This document shows positions 25,660-64,000 of a DNA stretch of 64,000 bases, one piece after another (the stretch's first letter is position 1; every line of letters starts with the position of its first letter). The position numbers were made by a program, and so were the translations under genes. The stretch is from Sphyrna mokarran (lineage: Eukaryota). The notes under the pieces were generated by a model. The model saw only the letters and a program-made list of their open reading frames with translations. It ran no database searches and was not told the DNA's origin. The stretch lies in the NCBI GenBank assembly GCA_024679065.1, contig JAGIQG010000003.1:127720001-127784000 (forward strand). Direction: 5' to 3'.

Positions 25660-25930
25660 AAATTTATTAGTGGACAAGGGCATAGGCCTACATTAACACT
25701 ACAGTGAAGTTATTGTGAAAATACTCTAGTAGCCCCACTCCAGCACCTGTTCAGGTATACAGGAGGAGATTTTGGCACAGTCAATGCATCGAACCAGCAT
25801 GTCTTTCAGACTGGGAAGAAATCAGAGCACCCAGAGAAAACTTATACGTACACAGGGAGAATGTGCATAGTCACCCAAGCCAGGAACTGAATCCCAGGTC
25901 CCTGGCGTTATGAGACAACAGTGCTGTAAC
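25660..25930 (-). mobile_element. V-SINE-like SINE
   Basis: Degenerate reverse-complement SINE with the same tail motif. Confidence 0.7.
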
Positions 25931-26444
25931 ATCTTTCGCAAACACACAACGTCACACTAAGTTTTACTTTTCTCAAACAGCAATGAATTACAAGACCAGA
26001 TCATGTTTTAAGAGTTAGTTTAAGGACAAATACTGACCAGAACACCAGAACTGAACATTTTATATTAGAAATGTTATGGTCACAACCAGTAATGTTTGTC
26101 TCAACTGAGCTCCTACCAGAACTTTTCATATATAACTGCATTTATTCCTAACCAATTAACCATCTCACATTGGGGCAGGATGCCAAAAAAGCAAACTTTA
26201 GTCAAAATTCAGTTTCAAAGTAATAGTACACTGCATCAGCTCCTGAAACACTACTGTGGATTAACTACAGACTGGTAAGTCCTAATTATACAAAATGCAT
26301 TGCATTCTATGTTCACCTTAAAGTTTGAAATATAGTTTATACAATAAAATGCTCCTGTGTCAGCTGCTTGATTGATCAAGTTCTAAAAATTCTTTGTAAA
26401 GAGCAAGCTGAAAACAAAGAAAAATACTCCGATTCTTTTCAAAA

Positions 26445-26450
26445 TTTATT
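26445..26450 (-). terminator. Polyadenylation signal of the RBM5-like paralog
   Basis: AATAAA on the minus strand about 200 nt after the stop codon. Confidence 0.6.
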
Positions 26451-26649
26451 TTGCAAAAGAAAACAGTAGATACATTATTATACACTTGATGGACAATACA
26501 AAATGTACATTGTACATTTAACATAAATAAGATTTAATCAAAGCATCAAAAAATTACATTTCCTACAGACAAATTGCACTGTTTACTCAAGTACATACCC
26601 AGTAGCAAAAATTAGGAAAAATATTTACATATTTACAATCACTGTCTAA

Positions 26650-57219
<30,570 letters not shown>

Positions 57220-58799
57220 TGTTATTGATTGATGTGAACTCAACTCTTCCAAAGAGGAGCAATCTGAAGTGAGGGAAAAATCCAAACTCATGAGCATGGA
57301 AATAAATTAAGCAGAAAAGCTACATTTCCTTGCAATGTACAGTTATTCCCTCCCATTCTCCAAAAATCAATTGGAACATCTTTACAACACAATATGTTGC
57401 TAATTGACAAAACTCTTTGTTCATTGTTGCAAAATAAATTCAGCAAACCTCAGGCACAAAAAGAACTGCAAGCCCCATAAGATAGAGAGATACATCATCA
57501 GTCACAAACATCAAAAGGAAACCTCAAATTCAGATCCTGGGCTAATTCTCTCTCAAGTACAATGCCTGTGGAATCTTAATTTGATCATTGCCCTATAAAG
57601 CGAATGACCATTAATCGCCATTAGCTATGCACTTTATCAAATGTTTGTGACCCATAATCAGCAATTTAGCAATATCTAATACGCTAGTTCAACTTTTAAC
57701 AGCTACAAATTCAGGATTGCTATGTAAAAACGCAGAGTTTGTCTAAGTATTATCATTTAAAAATGATTTGGGCGACCTAATGGGATTTTGCAGCACAATG
57801 AAAAATACCTGCTAGAGGTCTTTACTCCATAATTTGAACCAGACATTATTTTCAAAAAAAAAATTCTGTAACTCATTAGGACATTGAAATTAATCGAATG
57901 AAATGATGCAGGTTAAGCCTTGTCACCTGCCTCTTTCACTCCGCACAGTAAGTGTCAAACATTCGCCACTATATAGAAGCATCAAATAAAGATGTCAGCC
58001 AGCTTAGACATTACCCACTTCCATGTAACCATTTAGAAGCACTGAATTTCTACAGTACAGAATGAGGCCATACTCCCATCAAGTCTGCACTGACTCCCCA
58101 AAAGATATTCTTCCCCAGGCCTCAGTTCTTTCAATTGAAGCTACAATAGCCACATGACATCATCCACCAGATTCCAACTAAACTCCAGTGTATTCAAATT
58201 TAAATATATTACAGTGCATCCTGTAGTGAGCAATGCATATTTGCAGAAGTTTTATTCTTTAATCCCCATTATTTAATATCAAAAACTATGTTTTTAAGTA
58301 CTGGTTAGACTCCCTTGGCTTTGCACTCAGAGTTAAAAGCATGTGCCTTCCCGGTGAAACAAGAAGCCAAGGAACAACTGGGCAAGATCACTGAGGCATA
58401 ATTCAGACATCGGTTAGTCATTTTACACGTTCACTACAATCCCAACATTTATACCCAATGGAAACTTCCTGGGCTGTAAATACAACTCCCCAACAGGAGC
58501 ATCACTGCAGTGCTTCAACCATGGACAGGTGTCATCATGTACAACAATCTTTTGCAATCAGTTTCCATTATTAATACGAGCACAAAAATTTACATTGCAG
58601 CAAGTATACACAGACACAAAACAAACTCCTCAGGTCATAATTCCTTCAGCCCTGATTTTGTCTTGATTCCTTGCACATATACTTCCCAACCTTTGCATTC
58701 ACAGCATTACCAAGGTATATATTGCTAACATCCAGCTTGTTTACCATGCTTTTGAATATAACAGAAATTGAATCACACTATATCCTAGCCTGGTGTTAA

Positions 58800-60575
58800 C
58801 TAATATGTTCATTAAGAACCCTCAGCGCTTAAACATTCTTATAGAGCAAAAATAATCTGCACCCATATTGTAGGTATTGTTCTAAGTAGTCTGCAGAGTT
58901 CAACAATAACCAGTTGTGTGAATTTAGTACTAAAAGTGTGGCATATTTGTGATGGAAAATTTTTTATTTCAGACATCAGACACCAACACTGGATGATGAG
59001 ACGGGTGGAGGTGTTAAGGGATTGGAATATCCAGGGTGAAAATGAGACAGTCAGAGCCAGCAAGGTGGAAACAGGAAGTGATTCAGGGAATTGAGACATG
59101 GACAACGATAAGGAAAGACAGAGGAGAAGAAATAGAATTGAGCTACGAGAAAACATTCAGCAGGATAGAAACTGGCCAAAACATTGAGTCAACCAGCACT
59201 TTTGTTTATGGATTATAGGCAAAAAGTAGAAGCAGGCTGTTTGGGTCCATGAGATTGGGGGTCATGGAAGGAAAATCTCCAAAAAAAGGGAGATGTCAGT
59301 GATGTTGATTGTGGAGTCAAGATCCACAGAGATAGCCTTAGAAAGATGGCTTCTGTTAAGCAGAACTCAATACACCAGGCAGGAGGAACAGCACTATCTT
59401 TGTCAGCAGTGTTAGGGTTGCATTGAGAGAACAGAATAAGGCAAATACAGATGGAGACAGGTTAGAGGTTACCTCTGTGGATCTTGACTCTACAATCAAC
59501 ATCATTGACATCTCCCTTTTTGGAGATTTTCTTTCCATGACCCCCAACTTCATGGACCCAAACAGCCTGCTTCTAGTTTTTGCCCAAAATCCATAAACAA
59601 AATTGCTGGTTGGCCCATTGTTTTGGCCAGTTTCTGTCCCGCTGAATATGTTTTCTCATAGAAATCATGATGTCCAATGTCATTTCAGCAGTTCTCAATA
59701 ATATACAAGGATAATAGGCCAATGGAAAAGGTTTCAGTGGAATGAGAACTTTGAAGATGGTAGAAAGTTTCATTACATCCCAAGGTATAGCGAACTAATG
59801 GCTAAAGTGGGCACGAAGGTAGAGGAAACAGAAAGTGACCGATAAACCTGAGTTTTCAGAAGGTATTTGATAAAGAAGCTAAAGAGATTCGCAATAAGGA
59901 CACATTAATCAGGGTCAGATAGCAGATTGAATGGAAGATGCCTAAAAAGAGAAGCCTCTCAAATCTGGTGAAATAATATAAAGATAATTCTAATTTTAAT
60001 AGATAGGCAGATATCGGGGTGCATAAAAATGCAGCAAGATAGAGTCTGAGTGGATGGCAAATGAAATTCAATATAGTTAGTTGAAATAAGAAACTACACT
60101 ACTGGGAAAGTAAGAAAGTAGAAAGCGCATGAACAGAAAACTGGGATTATAAACAGCTATTAAACGGCTAAAAGTAGTTGCTATGGCCAACGAGTGCAAA
60201 ATTGGAGGAAACAACTATTAGGGAGGTCTAGGAAACTGAACATCCTCTTCTTGAAAAAGAAACTGAACGAAAACCAGGTGGAACTGGACAAAATTATGAA
60301 GACCTTCATCAGACTGGATGGAAAGCCAGTTGCCATTTGTGAGCAAATCAAAATAAAGGAGCCATAAATTTAAGACGTGCACTGAGGAAGGAAATTGAAG
60401 AATTCAGAAAGCTGAAGGAACATTAAACTTGGTGCCACGGAGTGACACTGATACAGAGATAGAAACCAAAGCAAGAAAGACAGAAGACAAAATTTGCCAG
60501 AGGTCATTAGAGTGGGTGGAGGCGCATGGAGTATAAATTCCGGTATCGACCAGTTCGCCTGATTCTGTGCTACAG
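58800..60575 (+). mobile_element. Degenerate CR1-derived sequence containing an internal inverted duplication
   Basis: CR1-like remnants (tggcaaatgaaattcaat; 3' UTR gagtataaattccggtatcgaccagtt...ctgattctgtgct). Confidence 0.5.
59143..59661. repeat. Inverted repeat with arms of about 200 bp
   Basis: About 59143-59338 pairs with about 59465-59661 (e.g. gaagcaggctgtttgggtccatga / tcatggacccaaacagcctgcttc); spacer about 125 bp. Confidence 0.9.
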
Positions 60576-61066
60576 TTTTGCAGGAACTCAGGACTGAAAA
60601 ACTGAGAGAGCTCTTGATCATATCTAGACACAATAAAATTTAACAAGGCATAACACTTGAAGATATGGAAGCAAAAATAATAGACGCGAGACATTTTTTC
60701 AATGGAAAATTCGTTTTAGATAGAAACACAAAAGCTACCAGCCATCTCAAAACACAGAAAGCAGAATCTGAAAAATAACAGACTACAGAACAAATTTGAT
60801 GCACAATACAAACGTGTAATTTTGAATAATCCCCTCCCAGTGAAGAAGAGTAGATTGTGATCTGAGCAGTCGGGCTGAAATGCCTCTACACTATTGTGTG
60901 CTGCAAGATGGCAGTGTCCAGTCGCTGAGGCTTTATGTCTTGGCCGAGATTTTAATTAGTCCAACATCGCATCAAACACTCGCTTTTTTTGCGAACCCAC
61001 AGAAGTACGAGGACACGATTAGCGGCTGCCTGTCTTCAAACGATCGCCACGATAGCTGAAACTTAC

Positions 61067-61140
61067 CCAATTATTCGGAAGGCTTTGCTCCCTCCTGCTT
61101 CGCCTCCCTTCGCAGCGACAAAATGGCGCCGAGCTCCTCG
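61067..61140 (-). other. Probable non-coding first exon of the RBM5-like paralog
   Basis: Strong donor TGG|gtaagt (61061-61066) in a CpG-rich segment, with YY1-like AAAATGGCG at 61120-61128. Exon 2 acceptor is at 57263. Confidence 0.65.
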
Positions 61141-61159
61141 TCCGATCGGAATCAAAGCC

Positions 61160-61320
61160 GCCTCGCTGCACGCTGGGAGAAGGAAGGTCCGCTCGTTCCC
61201 TTCAATGGGAGATGGACAGTGAGGGCACCGCGCTGCACGCCGGGAGAAGAAAGGTCCGCCCGTTCCCTTCAACGGGAGATGGACAGTGATGGCGCCGCGC
61301 TGCACGTCGGGAGAGGGCAA
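61160..61320. promoter_or_regulatory. Promoter tandem repeat (67-bp period, about 2.3 copies) with ZNF143/SBS-like motifs
   Basis: CGCTGCACGYYGGGAGA starts at 61164, 61231 and 61298. Its reverse complement TCTCCCRRCGTGCAGCG resembles the Staf-binding consensus. Confidence 0.6.
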
Positions 61321-61704
61321 GCCTGCCTGCCTGAGGGTCATGAAGAAAATGGCTTCCTGTGGCAATTGTTCTGTGTTTGAGGGAGAGAATTCTGCACTTT
61401 TACAGCTGACAGTCTCATTTCATGCATTGAAAAGATCCTCCACTGCGGTAGCAGATCTCTTCCTCAAAAGAGCTTTTGCCTCCACCATCATCTTCAAGCC
61501 ATTTTCCCATACTTTAAGATAATTAGAAAAGGATAAACAAACTAGAATGATTTTACATTTTATGTTGCACTCTTGCTTGGGCATTCTCTGAGAACCAAAC
61601 TGTGTTTCTACTCCAGTTGGATGAGTCTGACATAACTGAGAAGTTATGTCGTGCAATGCATGAATTGCAGACTCTATCAAATGCAGTACAGTTCTGATGC
61701 TTTA

Positions 61705-61950
61705 AGGGTAGCACAATGCACAGCACTGCTTTTTCACAGCACCAGAAATCGAGGTTCAATTACTGCTTTGAGTGACTGTTGGAGTTTGCACATTCTCCTG
61801 GTTGGCTTTCCTCTGGATGCTGTGGTTTCTTTCCACATTTCAAAGATGTGCTGGTTAGGTGGATTAGCTATGGTAAATGTGCAGGGTTATGGGGATAGGC
61901 CAAAGATGGGCTTGGTTAAGATGCTCTTCAAAGAGTTGGTGCTAACTTGA
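61705..61950 (+). mobile_element. V-SINE-like SINE
   Basis: gtagcaca...ggttcaatt...ggagtttgcacattctcc...caaagatgtgctggttagg. Confidence 0.7.
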
Positions 61951-62951
61951 TTCATTCTCCTACTCCTAGGTCACTCTTATCAGAGTCCAGTGATACCTGT
62001 TAAGGGTGATCAAATCCTTCCATACCACCACTTACACTTTTAAACCGGTTTTTCTTCTCCCTCTGGCAATCACTTAGACAGCTTCTCTCTCATTCAAGTC
62101 TGAACATCACAGCCTAGGCACCTCTTTCTTCAGTCTCTCCACCCACTTCATGTTCCTGACTCTTCGCATGGGGGGCTACCCCTATTAACAACTGGTCTAA
62201 GGATGGGTGTTAGAGACAGATACCTCGTTGTCTGCATATGTTCAGTTCAGCCGTCTTCCACTTCCACATTCTGTCATCACAGATGATTATCCACTGTAGT
62301 TTGACCCACTCCATTAGCCCGGTATTCTATTCTGGTGCCCCGGCTGTAGCTATTCAACCAGATCTGCAAACAGAATCCTGTTTGTGACGCCAATTTGTTG
62401 TAGGTAAAGTAATACCTCTGAGACTATGAATGAGTCAAAGTACAGTGACTTTATTACAAAAGTTTTTGGGAGAAGCCGGTTCCCATAGTCTGCCAGACTT
62501 CTCTCCGAATATAAGTAAGTGTGGATATTTATACATTATGGTTCCCAGTCCCAGTCATCACCGCAGTTCTTCCAACTCCAGTCACGATCACAGTTCCCGG
62601 GTTCAGTCACGACCACAGGTCCCAGCTCCAATCACGATCAGAGCTCCTTTCAAACAGCCATCATCACACTTCAGCATCTGCAGCTGTTTAGCTATGTTTA
62701 GTTAGCACACAAACCTACACAAACAGATAAGGTTTGCAATGCTCTTGCACAAATTCCAGGCACAATATTCATCCCTTCTTCACCTCCCCATATCAGCCAC
62801 ATCCTGATTAGCAATGAAAAAACAAAGATATTTACCCGAGAATCTAATTCTACTGCCAGATGTAATCCAGTATAATGTACTTCTCATGAAGTGATCAACA
62901 AAAAGCATCATGGGCATGTTTTACCTTCCCTAGCCTAACATCCCTATACAA

Positions 62952-63235
62952 CGGGTGGCATGGTAGCACAGTGGTTAGCATTGCTGCTTCACAGCACTAG
63001 GAACCAGGTTCGATTCCTGACTTGGGTCACTATCTGTGTGGAGTTTGCACATTCTCCCTGAGTCTGCATGGGTTTCTTCCGAATGTTCCAGTTTCTTCCC
63101 ACATTCTGAAAACCATGCTGGTGAGATGCATTGACCCAAATGGACTGTGGCAACTAGGGTAATTTCACAGTACCATCATTGCAGTGTTAATATAAGTCTA
63201 CTTATAATTAATAAATAAATTTTACTTTTACTTAC
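62952..63235 (+). mobile_element. V-SINE-like SINE
   Basis: gggtggcatggtagcacagtggttagc...ggttcgattcct...tgtgtggagtttgcacattctcc followed by the tail. Confidence 0.82.
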
Positions 63236-63343
63236 TTTTAACAATGACTCCACCAAAATGCTAATTATTATCCTTTTTTAATGGTTATCTTTTTTCTCCT
63301 ATTCAAACCCTATCAACATTCTCTAATGTGGATGTCTAACTGT

Positions 63344-63662
63344 CCTAGCTTGAAAATACACTGTCTATAACCACCATGACTTGACTGGATTTGCAAAATC
63401 TCACTAACTATCCTGGCTTGAGAGGATTCACACCTCTTTTACTTGTGCTTAATCCTCTCTTCACTCGCATTGTCTGCACCTGTAAAGACTTGATGACCCA
63501 TTAAGACTTGCATTCCAACCATTATTCTGTAATTGAGTTTGTGTCTGTTTATGCTGTTTGTGAACCCAACTCTTCACTCACCTGTAGCGGCAGCGCTCCG
63601 AAAGCTTGTGCTACCAAATAAACCTGTTGGACTTTAACCTGGTATTGTGAGACTTCTTACTG
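63344..63662 (+). mobile_element. Penelope 3' UTR/pLTR fragment with a broken hammerhead
   Basis: gcattccaaccattat...cactcacctg...gcagcgctccgaaagcttgtg...caaataaacctgttggactttaacctggt...gacttcttactg resembles the ends of the other Penelope elements; the CTGANGA core is deleted. Confidence 0.7.
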
Positions 63663-64000
63663 AACATTCATGGAGCCTTTATGGAGCACCTTGCAATATT
63701 ATCGTAGTGTATACATAATATAATTGTTTTGTACTCTGAGATCTTCACAAAAGGCATCTCCTTAATTTCCTCTCACACTATTTTGATTATGAGCTCACAT
63801 ACTTCAGTCCATGTTAAAATGATTCAAAGCATCAATTAGTATTTGCAAATTCAAGAAACATTAGAGGCAGGGTGAATCAGACATGTTGACCCTTGTGAAT
63901 CTTTCACAAAGAATGCAGTTACAAAGGGAAGTTAGGCCCCACCTATGATTTTGTGAGAGGGCTCGATAATTAGAGTTGTGATTGATGAGAATATGCATCC

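Noticed and set aside
60989-61522. Cluster of 77-100 aa ORFs in the GC-rich promoter region
   Set aside because: They are explained by GC richness and the 67-bp repeat, and no recognisable domain is present

Overview
Vertebrate genomic DNA, most likely a shark, judged from V-SINE/HE1-type SINEs and CR1, Rex1 and Penelope retroelements. Two tandem RBM5/6/10-family splicing-factor genes lie on the minus strand. One is a complete paralog with 24 coding exons (about 838 aa, CDS 26650-57219) in the position RBM6 occupies in mammals, but with RBM5-like architecture. The other is the 5' part (exons 1-4) of an RBM5-like gene that runs off the left edge. Between them is a 5.3-kb head-to-head Penelope palindrome (RT plus GIY-YIG). 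It has a minimal hammerhead ribozyme at each outer end, a one-sided 36-nt tail and a 12-bp target-site duplication. Two miniature non-coding fold-back elements share the same design. Three intronic box C/D snoRNA copies with an 18S Gm1328-type guide sit in consecutive introns of the paralog. The window also holds several candidate poison or micro-exons, an orphan CpG-rich promoter-like repeat array and other inverted repeats. Exon coordinates were read by hand from splice signals and frame continuity; family assignments rest on recalled homology and were not searched.
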